Positions 28,317-37,436 of a DNA stretch of 64,000 nucleotides are shown here, piece by piece. The notes under the pieces were generated by a model. The model was given only the letters and a program-made list of their open reading frames with translations, had not been told where the DNA came from and made no database searches. The position numbers were made by a program, and so were the translations under genes. The first letter of the stretch is position 1. The number at the start of each line of letters is the position of its first letter. The stretch lies in IMG/VR virus record IMGVR_UViG_3300010355_000588; one strand, 5' to 3'. This DNA comes from a virus (lineage: Duplodnaviria; Caudoviricetes).

Positions 28317-29591
28317 CTAAATATCCATCACCGACTGCTCAAACTTGGAATTTTTTGTACTTTTTATTGCTTCAGTAATGTCAGCAAGCTCCAAGATGTC
28401 TGGCAGTGAAGCGATGAAGTGTTCTTGTTTTAGACCATTGTTGGTTTGAAGGATGATTCTAGCCTTCTTGCCGAAACTGTCGTGAGTACCTTCGAGAATG
28501 GACACCACGTTGCGATGGACGTAGTTGGCGAAGTTGACCGGAACACCCTGAGCCATGTGAGCCACTGAGCCTTTGTCGGTGAACTTGAAGTCAGTCGGAT
28601 ATCCCATAATGGCAGCATATTCCCTCAAGTAGAACGGACGTCTTTCTTCCACGTTGTACAGACGAATATAGCTCGTCATGCTCGGAGCCCTCGGAGTGTT
28701 CTTGAAGATGCTAATCGGATATCCAGCGTCGAAATATGCCTTCCGTTGGCTGAGCTTCTCCACCACTCGTTCGAAGGCTGTCCGGAGCAGATTGTATTTG
28801 TCGTCCTTCAAGAGCCTTTTCCATTCGTATTCGTTGGAATACTTTGCGAACATGGATATGGTGCTATCTCGCTTGACGCTTTTCTCTTTCTCGAAGATTT
28901 CATCCACCATTTCGCGATTTTTCTCAATGAAGTCATATAGCTGCTGGTGAGCTGTCACATCTGGCTTGGCATCGAATGGATATTTCTCGCATTCGGTTGG
29001 GAGCAAGTCCAGGACGTTTTTGGTTCTGACGTCTTCTGGAAACAGCGTGAAGTTGGTGGTGCCGAAACGTTGCTTAGAAAAACCAAGAAATAAGGTTCTC
29101 TTCCTACACATCGGGACGTTATGGAACATCGCAGCATCCTTTGCAAAAAGCAAATTGTAATTGTTCTGGAGGAGGCAAGTAGCTTCTTGGATAATTGGCC
29201 AGCCGATCTTGGAAAGCAATGTCGGAGCATTCTCAATGAAGAATACCTTAGGCCTAAGTTCGTCGATAAGTCTGAAAGCTCTCTTTAGATAATCGTTCAT
29301 CTTGCTTTCGGTATGAGCTGCCAAAGAACCGGCGGAGAGACCAGAGCATGGAGGGTTGGAATAAAAATAGTCGTACTTTTCTTCCTTCAGCTTGGATATG
29401 TATTCTGGGGTGTCCCATTCAGATGGCTTCAAGATTTTCAGATCCGGTCGGTTCAACTTCAGGTGTTGGCTGTTTCCCTCGAGACAACCCTCAGTATTCT
29501 CCAGGATGGTGTCCTGTTCGAACTTGCCGATCATCTCAGCTCCTAGATAATTCGAGCCTGTAAAGATAGCATATGAGATCGCTTTGAACAT
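28317..29591 (-). CDS. DNA cytosine-C5 methyltransferase-like protein
   Basis: PPC (IV), ENA (VI), RKR (VIII), QGVP (X); motif I divergent (IFTGSNY). Confidence 0.78.
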   Translation of the reverse strand: MFKAISYAIFTGSNYLGAEMIGKFEQDTILENTEGCLEGNSQHLKLNRPDLKILKPSEWDTPEYISKLKEEKYDYFYSNPPCSGLSAGSLAAHTESKMNDYLKRAFRLIDELRPKVFFIENAPTLLSKIGWPIIQEATCLLQNNYNLLFAKDAAMFHNVPMCRKRTLFLGFSKQRFGTTNFTLFPEDVRTKNVLDLLPTECEKYPFDAKPDVTAHQQLYDFIEKNREMVDEIFEKEKSVKRDSTISMFAKYSNEYEWKRLLKDDKYNLLRTAFERVVEKLSQRKAYFDAGYPISIFKNTPRAPSMTSYIRLYNVEERRPFYLREYAAIMGYPTDFKFTDKGSVAHMAQGVPVNFANYVHRNVVSILEGTHDSFGKKARIILQTNNGLKQEHFIASLPDILELADITEAIKSTKNSKFEQSVMDI

Positions 29592-29605
29592 ATCGCTCCT
29601 TAGAT

Positions 29606-32236
29606 TTATAGATCGTTGATTGAGGCTTCAAATTGCACGTTGGGATCGAAGTTGTTCCATCTGTAGATTTCGATGAATGCTTCGAGCGGACCGAGCACGC
29701 AGCGTTGGAACATCTTTTTGTAGTCTGGCTTGAAGCGAGTCATCCATTCTTTAGGACAGTCGCCTTTCCATCCAATGACGTCGACTCCGAACTCGTTGGA
29801 AGTAGAACAGTAGATATAGCGGATCCGGTCACCAACCGAGATCTTTTCGCATTTCTTGTTAAGCTTCAGCTTGTCGACGATCTGATTGTAGTAGATAGCT
29901 GCTCTGGCATGGGATCCAGATCCTTTTTCCACCTGAAGAAATCCAGGCGAGTCTTTCTTGGACGAATAGTTCTGGATAAGGGCAAGCGAATCGTAGGGCA
30001 GCTTCTGAAACTGTTCCCAGGTTTCCTCGCACCACTGTCTGAAGTCAGTAGCTGTCCAATGGTCAGTCAACGCATGTTCTACCACATATTGCAGACGCTT
30101 CTTAATGTCGAGGGGCAGCTCATTCTTCTTGATGTCCAATCCAGTATATTTGAACTTGGAAATGACTTCGTCTCCGCCTTCGTTGCGGATATGGAGCATG
30201 TAACGTTTCTTAGTAGTAGTTACTGCGCCACTACAGAAAGATTCGCGTTTGAACTCGATGCGCTTAAGAGGCGAGTTGAATCGCTTCTGGGTATATTTGA
30301 AGCATTCTTCGTTTAGTCTATCAGTGAAGATGTCGAGCTTTTCGCATACCTTAATAATTTCGTCTGGATTCCATTCTTTAGGAATATAGCCTAACGTATT
30401 TTTCACCATTTCCGCAACGTTCAAATAAAGGCTATCGGTATCTCCAAAGATTGTAACGGTATTGGTTTGCGTATCTACCCCATATGTATTCTGAAAATAC
30501 TCATCGATTAGCTTAGACATGTGTTTGATGATATCTTGACCAGTAAGGGTTACAGCCTCAGCAGAATCTCTATCGGCCAATGGAAAATATTTATTAGAAA
30601 GAACTCCATATAAAGAATTTAGAAAAATCTTATAAGACTGCTGAGTTGTATCGTACTTTATGATTTTATCTTCGATTTCCTTCAGCTTCTCCGGGGATAT
30701 CTTCTTACCTTCTTCCTTCATCTTTCTCAACGAGGCCTTTCCTGCCGAAGCCATCTTGCGGTATTTCACTCGTTCGTTGTATAGCCGCTTGATGAAGGAT
30801 GGCATGATTCCAGGCTTCAGCTCTGGATTGACATATAGGACGTTGTTTCCAGAGATGGTGCACTGTCCATTGCTGAGCATGTCCTTGAATTTCTGCTTGC
30901 TAACTGCCTTGTTTCCAGTTTCTGTCTTTATCGTGACATGTTCTTCCGATGATGCCTGGACAATCTTGCCAATCTTGGTCTCTGGAGAGATGTTCAGGAG
31001 AACCATAATATTAGGGTATAGAGAATTGAAGTCAAATGAACATACACCACCTCGATATACCCCCACTTGAGATGGAAATACATAAGCACCTTCGATTCCC
31101 ATGGCCGGAGGTTCCTTGCGATTGTCTGATAGAATTTTCTTTCCATGTTTAGCACACTCCAATGTTATTGCGCCATAGATATAAGGAAACGACTTGAAGA
31201 TATTTTCATATTCGCAGAGTCCGAGATTGCAAATCTTCCTAGTCAGCTCGATCAGCTTCAGTTTGGCTTCGAGCTTCACAAGAAGCCTGACGTCGTGGAT
31301 GTTGTATTCGATATATAGCGAGAAGTCAGACTGCCAGAATTCCATGAACGATTCGTATGGACTGGAGACCTTTTGGTCGCCGAGTTCGTCCTGGCATATG
31401 GCGTCGAGCTTGTACGACTGTTTGGATCCGGTGGCGAACTTTTCAGCATACAAAGGGAAGTAGTCAAGGACAGAAATGCCACCGAAGCGGAAGGTGTTGT
31501 TCCAGCGACCTTTGGTGTTGGTCTGATGCTTCTTGACTTCCTTGATAGGGCTGAGGCGAACGACCTGCTCCTCGCCGAGAACCTTTTCGATGCGAGCCAC
31601 CAGATATGGAATGTCATAGCCGTCGATATTCCATCCAGTGAGAACGTCGGGATAATGAGATTCCCACCAAGACAAGAGGCAGATTAGTAGCGCCTGTTCA
31701 TTTTTGCAGGGGTGGTAGGATACGTTATCCATGCTGGGTGGAACAAATGGCTTTGGCGATGATCCAGCATGTTCTAAACTATAAAAGCAATTATAGGTCT
31801 CGGTGAGCGAATCGAAGATAGTAAGAACGTTGATGGGGCATTTGGCAAGCTTGGGCATTGCTTCTTCTCGGTCTTCCATGCTAGCAACTTCCAAGTCGAG
31901 ATATGCGATGCGGAGAGGGTGCTTCTGGAAATCTTCTTCTTCCTGAGTTCCGGCGAAGAGGTCGAAGAGGAACTCGCGGGTGGGTGGGAGCGATTCGAAG
32001 GTTCTGAGGTTTGGATTGGACGTAATCCACCGTTTCCGGTCAGCCACTGACTTGAATTGCTTTCTGGCCAACTTCGTATCGAACATGCTGACATATTCGC
32101 CGTGGGGATCTTCGTAGTAGAGATGAGATGAGTGATTTATCCATTTCTCGACGCGGTTGCCTTCAGCATCCCAACCAGCAAACCAGACGTGTCCGTTCCA
32201 GTCGGCGTCGATCTTGTACGATACGTTTCTATACAT
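29606..32236 (-). CDS. Family B DNA polymerase (gp43-like)
   Basis: DLE exonuclease, GWN...YD, DFNSLYP, K...NSLYG, GDTDS, KKRY. Confidence 0.96.
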   Translation of the reverse strand: MYRNVSYKIDADWNGHVWFAGWDAEGNRVEKWINHSSHLYYEDPHGEYVSMFDTKLARKQFKSVADRKRWITSNPNLRTFESLPPTREFLFDLFAGTQEEEDFQKHPLRIAYLDLEVASMEDREEAMPKLAKCPINVLTIFDSLTETYNCFYSLEHAGSSPKPFVPPSMDNVSYHPCKNEQALLICLLSWWESHYPDVLTGWNIDGYDIPYLVARIEKVLGEEQVVRLSPIKEVKKHQTNTKGRWNNTFRFGGISVLDYFPLYAEKFATGSKQSYKLDAICQDELGDQKVSSPYESFMEFWQSDFSLYIEYNIHDVRLLVKLEAKLKLIELTRKICNLGLCEYENIFKSFPYIYGAITLECAKHGKKILSDNRKEPPAMGIEGAYVFPSQVGVYRGGVCSFDFNSLYPNIMVLLNISPETKIGKIVQASSEEHVTIKTETGNKAVSKQKFKDMLSNGQCTISGNNVLYVNPELKPGIMPSFIKRLYNERVKYRKMASAGKASLRKMKEEGKKISPEKLKEIEDKIIKYDTTQQSYKIFLNSLYGVLSNKYFPLADRDSAEAVTLTGQDIIKHMSKLIDEYFQNTYGVDTQTNTVTIFGDTDSLYLNVAEMVKNTLGYIPKEWNPDEIIKVCEKLDIFTDRLNEECFKYTQKRFNSPLKRIEFKRESFCSGAVTTTKKRYMLHIRNEGGDEVISKFKYTGLDIKKNELPLDIKKRLQYVVEHALTDHWTATDFRQWCEETWEQFQKLPYDSLALIQNYSSKKDSPGFLQVEKGSGSHARAAIYYNQIVDKLKLNKKCEKISVGDRIRYIYCSTSNEFGVDVIGWKGDCPKEWMTRFKPDYKKMFQRCVLGPLEAFIEIYRWNNFDPNVQFEASINDL

Positions 32237-32268
32237 AGCATCTCCTTACGTTAGATGTATCTCAAAAC

Positions 32269-32470
32269 CAATATGACTCATATTCTAAACTACGAAACTA
32301 TTTTCACCATAAAGACTAAAAAATTGAAATATTTTTGAAACTTGAGGAAAATTGGAAAAAACTTGTGTCATAGTGCCTATATAATGGAACAGCAGAAGTA
32401 GAAGCTCTTAATTCTATTAATAGCTTTAATAGCTTTAAAAGCGAAAAGCTACTGAGCCAGCTAACTAAGA
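32269..32470. other. AT-rich origin-like locus A
   Basis: Shares AAAATTGGAAAAA..TTG.GT.ATAGTG block and TATTAATAG/AATAGCT repeats with 54492-54780. Confidence 0.4.
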
Positions 32471-32542
32471 AAGAATAGATGCCAGAATCGCCACTATCAT
32501 TGCTACGAATAAAGCTACCCCGATTCCATATAGTAATAGCAT
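32465..32542 (-). CDS. 25-aa single-TM peptide
   Basis: GAGG RBS; MLLLYGIGVALFVAMIVAILASILS; not in ORF track. Confidence 0.45.
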   Translation of the reverse strand: MLLLYGIGVALFVAMIVAILASILS

Positions 32543-32557
32543 AGGCACCTCTCATAT

Positions 32558-32881
32558 CTATTTACCTCCAGATCTAATAGAGATGATTTTGATACCAAGC
32601 TTCTTGGCGATCTTCAAGCAGACTTCGCAGGGGTCTATTGGGGCAGGTCTGTCGGATCCTTTAGTTACTCGATAGATATAGATGGTCTTGAGACCCTTCT
32701 TGTAATATTTGTGGATCAGCGCCTGCTCAGCGTGTATTCCACCACCGTATTTAGTAAACCGAGGCCGATTGAAGCAGGTCCCGAGCACCTCTCCGCGTTT
32801 GTTGAGACCGATGGCGGCTATCTTATAGTGACAGATAGACTTTTTTGCTTTCTTGGAGAGGTGTTCGAGTATGGCTTCCAT
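32558..32881 (-). CDS. Cytidine-deaminase-fold protein
   Basis: HAE and PCEVC zinc motifs. Confidence 0.78.
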   Translation of the reverse strand: MEAILEHLSKKAKKSICHYKIAAIGLNKRGEVLGTCFNRPRFTKYGGGIHAEQALIHKYYKKGLKTIYIYRVTKGSDRPAPIDPCEVCLKIAKKLGIKIISIRSGGK

Positions 32882-32883
32882 GT

Positions 32884-33420
32884 TCAGATGCTCCGGAAAT
32901 CTCTTCTAAGATTCAGATTATTTCCACCGAGTTTCAGGTTGATGGTGTTGATATTACGAATATCAGCATCTTTGAGATTAGCTCCCCGCATATCGGCAGC
33001 CTGGGTGTCTGCCCATTCCAACACAGCAGACCGGAAGTTGGCGCCTTGAAATTCAGACATATAAAGATTAGCTTTATACAAAGTGGCATTTGAGAAGTTC
33101 GACCCCAAGAAATAAGAGTTTTGCATTTTGGCTTCAGTCAAATCAGTTTCCCGGAAGTCAGCATCACGTGCACAGGCCTTATAGAAGTTGGTATTTTTCA
33201 GACTTGATCCGCGCAGATCAGCATTATCAAGTTGCGCATAATAGAAATCTGCATAGTCAAGCTTCTTGTCAGAAAGATCCGCCTCGACTAGTTTTTTGCA
33301 GGAGAAGTCAGCTTGCTTTCCACTTCGGTTTCCGTTCTCGTCGATTTTGTTTTCAAGCCAGAGAGCATGAGAGGCACAAATTTCTTCAATTTGTTCGGGT
33401 GTCAATACACGTTTATACAT
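32884..33420 (-). CDS. Pentapeptide-repeat protein
   Basis: A-D/N-L/F-x-x repeats; H.LWL...G..AD N-cap. Confidence 0.9.
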   Translation of the reverse strand: MYKRVLTPEQIEEICASHALWLENKIDENGNRSGKQADFSCKKLVEADLSDKKLDYADFYYAQLDNADLRGSSLKNTNFYKACARDADFRETDLTEAKMQNSYFLGSNFSNATLYKANLYMSEFQGANFRSAVLEWADTQAADMRGANLKDADIRNINTINLKLGGNNLNLRRDFRSI

Positions 33421-33462
33421 TGATAATCTCCTTTGTAATAACCATGTATAATTTGATATAAT

Positions 33463-33747
33463 TCAGATAACTATTTGAAAAGTATCAGTTGATGTAAGAC
33501 TATATTCAACCACTTGATTATAACGGCTAATATAATCAAAAAGTTGTTCAGCATATTCAACATCGGTAATATAATTAGCACGTGCCTTTGCTAACATAAG
33601 ATGCGCCTTCAGATGAGTTAACCGTCCCCATAACTTCGGAGATTTGCCTTTGTTACTTTCGGTAGTTAATACATAACCATTGACAAATCCACAGGAGAAA
33701 TTTCCATTTCCATCAGTCAGCGCATAAAATTTCTGGTTTGGTTTCAT
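33463..33747 (-). CDS. Hypothetical early protein
   Basis: AAGGAGATTGACG-ATG leader. Confidence 0.6.
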   Translation of the reverse strand: MKPNQKFYALTDGNGNFSCGFVNGYVLTTESNKGKSPKLWGRLTHLKAHLMLAKARANYITDVEYAEQLFDYISRYNQVVEYSLTSTDTFQIVI

Positions 33748-33780
33748 CGTCAATCTCCTTTAGTTATTTCAGTATAGTAT

Positions 33781-33815
33781 ATAGTACAATGAAAAGGGCG
33801 GTTTGTCAACCGCCC
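33781..33815 (-). promoter_or_regulatory. Early promoter overlapping a terminator-like hairpin
   Basis: GGGCGGTTGACAAACCGCCC-TTTT; TTGACA-17-TACTAT. Confidence 0.8.
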
Positions 33816-33848
33816 CAGAGGAAAAAATCGAATTTATTTTATGGTAGA

Positions 33849-34136
33849 TTATTTTTGATAATATTCTTTCATAAGTTTTTCGATGTCTTTTCTAAAGCGG
33901 ACTAGCTCTCTGCGTACGTCTTTCACGTCAGTTAAATCGCTCCCGCTTACTAAAGACTGGTTAGCTACGAAATATAGCGCGCCTGATAGATATGCGAAGT
34001 AATGACGGTCTACCTCAACCCTTTCAGTAGTTCCATCTTTCTTATTTCTATCTCCAAATACTGCAACGATCCAATCTGTATGGTTTCCGAAAATTTCGCA
34101 GTTTTCGAACTTGAATCTGGCTTTGGCGTCCTTCAT
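33849..34136 (-). CDS. Hypothetical protein
   Basis: ATGA-coupled ORF. Confidence 0.6.
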   Translation of the reverse strand: MKDAKARFKFENCEIFGNHTDWIVAVFGDRNKKDGTTERVEVDRHYFAYLSGALYFVANQSLVSGSDLTDVKDVRRELVRFRKDIEKLMKEYYQK

Positions 34137-34555
34137 TGTCTGATCTCCTTAGAATATTGAACTACTTCAATGCCGGCTTGCTTTAGAAAGTCTACTGCGT
34201 CTGAAATTCTATATAGCTCCTTATAGATAACTCGGATTATCATCGATTGAATGATTATTTTTGCACAATCATAACATGGACTCAGAGTAATATACATGGT
34301 CGCGCCAGCTGTCGATATGCCTGCTCGAGCGCATTTGGCTATGAGATTTTGTTCGGTATGAATGACGATCGGCAAGGTGTTGCCAAATTCGTCCTCGCAT
34401 TTGTTGTCCCAACCTGTCGGGGTTCCATTCCAGCCTGTAGATATGACGTTCTTATCTTTTACTAGAAGCCCTCCAACTTTCTTACGGTTGGAGTACGACA
34501 TTTCTGCCGCTCTGATAGCTAAATCCATATATAGATCGTCATACTTGTCAAACAT
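34133..34555 (-). CDS. dCMP deaminase
   Basis: KVG, GWNG.P.G, HTEQN, SPCYDC. Confidence 0.9.
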   Translation of the reverse strand: MFDKYDDLYMDLAIRAAEMSYSNRKKVGGLLVKDKNVISTGWNGTPTGWDNKCEDEFGNTLPIVIHTEQNLIAKCARAGISTAGATMYITLSPCYDCAKIIIQSMIIRVIYKELYRISDAVDFLKQAGIEVVQYSKEIRQ

Positions 34556-35079
34556 CAGGTAGCTCCCGTACTTCCAAATCCACCTTCGCCTCTGGCAGAT
34601 GACTTTTCCTTGTACATTTCTTCTGCCGTAGAAATTTCGACCAATTCTACTTTAGGCACCGGCAACAGAATGAATTGAGAAAGCTTAGATCCAAATGGAA
34701 TAATGGCCATTCCATGAGCTGCTGTATTGACAAAGGACAAATGGATCTCTCCCATGTAGTCTTCGTCTACCAAAGCTGCCCCGATGTCTAAGCCTGTTTT
34801 AGTAAAGACGCCTGACTTATTAACCGCCAATAAACAATAGCCTTTTGGAATATCCACCTTGATGCCAGATGGAATTTTAATGCGCTCGCCTGGATCTACT
34901 GTGATGGATTGGATTTCCCAGTCGAGATTTTTGTTCATGACCAGATCGTCGTCTGGCTTGAAATCTGAAGGTTGGAAATATGGAACGAAGAAATCGATGC
35001 CAGCTGAACCATCAGTACCTTTAGCCGGTTCTTTCACATGCCGAGTCTTTGCAAATTTGAGCTGAAGCAGTTCTTCCAT
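34555..35079 (-). CDS. dut: Trimeric dUTPase
   Basis: SAGIDF, KSG, VDEDYMGEI, RGEGGFGSTG. Confidence 0.92.
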   Translation of the reverse strand: MEELLQLKFAKTRHVKEPAKGTDGSAGIDFFVPYFQPSDFKPDDDLVMNKNLDWEIQSITVDPGERIKIPSGIKVDIPKGYCLLAVNKSGVFTKTGLDIGAALVDEDYMGEIHLSFVNTAAHGMAIIPFGSKLSQFILLPVPKVELVEISTAEEMYKEKSSARGEGGFGSTGAT

Positions 35080-35108
35080 TAGATTCTCTCCTTTGAGGTT
35101 TGCTTAGT

Positions 35109-35402
35109 TCAATTTGACTTAGTTTTGAAGATAATGTTCTCCACTTTCGTAACTACTATTGGATGGACGTTGTAGAAGACTGAGAACGAGTCATATAGAA
35201 CAACGTCGCCCTCTTTGATTCCATATTTTTCTGAAGTGTCTTTAGTAATGCTTTCGATAATTCCAGCAGTCATGCCAAAGTGACCTTCAGCATATCCAAT
35301 TGGAATGGCAACTCCGCCAACAAGATCGTCGGTATGAGAACGCTCTAGCTTCTTCAACACTACTACATCTCCGATAGCAGTTAGCTTTTTGTCGTAGTCC
35401 AT
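35109..35402 (-). CDS. GroES-like co-chaperonin 1
   Basis: L.AIGDVVV...GGVAIP...IKEGDVVLY; 97 aa. Confidence 0.65.
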   Translation of the reverse strand: MDYDKKLTAIGDVVVLKKLERSHTDDLVGGVAIPIGYAEGHFGMTAGIIESITKDTSEKYGIKEGDVVLYDSFSVFYNVHPIVVTKVENIIFKTKSN

Positions 35403-35683
35403 TATTTTTCTCCAATCTTTGCAGCAATAGATTCTTCCGGAAAGACTATGTACGTTTCGCCCTTTATCATAGCGCTTGTGACCTTTTCAGCTTTTTCTGT
35501 ATCTGCAATCACGACGTCGCCAATCTTGAGCTCTCCCTCGTATGTGGTTCCATAACCTTCAATGACATAAAGCTTAAGCTTCTTGTCTTTGACAACGTCT
35601 GGAATGACAATTTTGCCTCTAATATCTTCTTCTACCTTATATTCTTTGGCCAGAAGTACGTTTCCAACTGCTTCTACTTTCAT
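35402..35683 (-). CDS. GroES-like co-chaperonin 2
   Basis: G.IVIPD...LKIGDVV...GETY...EESI.AKI; 93 aa. Confidence 0.72.
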   Translation of the reverse strand: MKVEAVGNVLLAKEYKVEEDIRGKIVIPDVVKDKKLKLYVIEGYGTTYEGELKIGDVVIADTEKAEKVTSAMIKGETYIVFPEESIAAKIGEK

Positions 35684-35705
35684 GATACAAACACTCCGTT
35701 TTAGT

Positions 35706-36245
35706 TTATGCGTGATTTTCTATTTTATCAGCAATGTTGTTCAATGCTAGATAAGTATCTCCGTTAACTTCTAATGTTGTCTTTATTGCCCCCAGCGTAG
35801 TATCAATATTACCTAGTTCAACATTGGTATTCACTAAGGTTTGGTCAACGCCATAGACAGCTCCTGAAACAGCTACGATAGCTGCTGTATTCTCAAGCAA
35901 CCGTTCATCTAAAGTAATCGTATTGTTATTGATACTTTCTAACTGTTGAGCAATTGTTTCCAAAATATCGTAGATAAAGTCGATGGATTTGGTCTCATCT
36001 GGAACGATTCTATAGAATACGTAAACTAGCTGTTTCATGACAATGTCTTGTACAGCTCTGCGTCTTGTTCTAGGTGCTTGATATGTATAGCCAGGCACTA
36101 CGTTTTCTATCTGGAGCCGATGATCAGCAGGAAATCCAGGATCGGTGGTTACTTCAGTCACCCATTCGTGGATTTTTTCTTCCATCTTCTCTATGTTAAG
36201 TTCAGTCGTTACTACGAATCTAAATATCTTTACTTGAGAATTCAT
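35706..36245 (-). CDS. Hypothetical protein with C-terminal coiled coil
   Basis: ATGA-coupled ORF. Confidence 0.55.
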   Translation of the reverse strand: MNSQVKIFRFVVTTELNIEKMEEKIHEWVTEVTTDPGFPADHRLQIENVVPGYTYQAPRTRRRAVQDIVMKQLVYVFYRIVPDETKSIDFIYDILETIAQQLESINNNTITLDERLLENTAAIVAVSGAVYGVDQTLVNTNVELGNIDTTLGAIKTTLEVNGDTYLALNNIADKIENHA

Positions 36246-36688
36246 TCTTCACCTTCTTCGGAATCTAATTCCTTATTGTATATCTGCCATACGTCATGCA
36301 TCTTAGGAAAGTGTCTTAAAAATAATCCAGTAGTTTCGAGCACCATTTGTTGGAACATGGCATGAGAAAAGACAAATATGCAGGTACTGCTCATGCAATC
36401 TTCATCCTCAAGCGATTCCAAATAACGGCATTTGTTAACCATTAGAAAGGCCTCTTGTACCTCATGTAAAAACGATTCCAAGAAAGCTTCGTAGCATCCT
36501 TGGATTCCAATTCTAATCGTGATGCCTTTGTCAATGACGGCAGACGCTTTGTCTACGACTTCGTCAAGTTCAGCTATTAGAATAACTCGGTTGTGATTGA
36601 GTTCGTCCTCGAATATTACCAATTCTTCCTCTGATCTAAAATGTGGATATTCGATTTCTATATGAGGTATCTTGCTTTTCTTAGCCAT
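36242..36688 (-). CDS. Hypothetical protein
   Basis: ORF track; FLHEVQE zincin-like segment. Confidence 0.55.
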   Translation of the reverse strand: MAKKSKIPHIEIEYPHFRSEEELVIFEDELNHNRVILIAELDEVVDKASAVIDKGITIRIGIQGCYEAFLESFLHEVQEAFLMVNKCRYLESLEDEDCMSSTCIFVFSHAMFQQMVLETTGLFLRHFPKMHDVWQIYNKELDSEEGEE

Positions 36689-37436
36689 GTTCCATGACCC
36701 TTTGTTTGATGTCTTTTAAGTATTTAAACAATTTGGAGACATCAACTTCCAAGAAAAGGTCTTTTCCAGTGGCTTCTTTGTATTTTCTCTGGATTTTCTG
36801 CATTTCGTCTTTATAGATCTCTGGATCCGCAGGCGTGACAAAGGATCTGAACTTGTTATCGTACGCCTTGGCTGACTGCTTTTCTGGTTCTTCCACTTCA
36901 AAGAAGAATCCAAGCAATGGTAGCTTTCCTTCTAGATATAGATCCACTACTAGCGCAAAATTCTCAGCGAATCTATATGACTCGTCGAATAATCCAGTCA
37001 CCTTAGTTCGGTCGATAAGTAACAAATAATTGTGAACATGTCTTGAAAAATATTGCTTATTATTCATATTTGGATAATTAGCAACTATCAAGTCATGATT
37101 GCAAATTGAATCTAAAACCTTATTTCGGTCTTCGCTAAAGCCTCTGAACACAATTGGAAGCTCATATTTCTTCAGGAGGTTTAGGTATTTCTCTCCAAGC
37201 GAGGTGATATCTTGGCTATTACTGGAAATGTTCAAACCTTCTTCTATGAAACATACGTGCCGATAGCCAGGATATTTAGCTAGAATCTTGTTCTTTGCAA
37301 CAGCTGGGGTATCCTCGTCCCGTTCGACGTCGACAAATTCCATATCTTTACGTAGCTTCACTGGCATATTCCACCGATGCTTATCGTATATTCTAGCTAT
37401 CAGAAGCCTATCTTCCATGTTATCCACCTTATCCAT
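36681..37436 (-). CDS. Hypothetical protein (possibly degenerate GT-A fold)
   Basis: AKNKIL...GLFDESY; start reassigned after AAGGAG. Confidence 0.5.
   Translation of the reverse strand: MDKVDNMEDRLLIARIYDKHRWNMPVKLRKDMEFVDVERDEDTPAVAKNKILAKYPGYRHVCFIEEGLNISSNSQDITSLGEKYLNLLKKYELPIVFRGFSEDRNKVLDSICNHDLIVANYPNMNNKQYFSRHVHNYLLLIDRTKVTGLFDESYRFAENFALVVDLYLEGKLPLLGFFFEVEEPEKQSAKAYDNKFRSFVTPADPEIYKDEMQKIQRKYKEATGKDLFLEVDVSKLFKYLKDIKQRVMEHG

Noticed and set aside
32316-32555. 79-aa ORF from the track
   Set aside because: Runs through low-complexity AT repeats; a better RBS-supported 25-aa ORF lies in another frame
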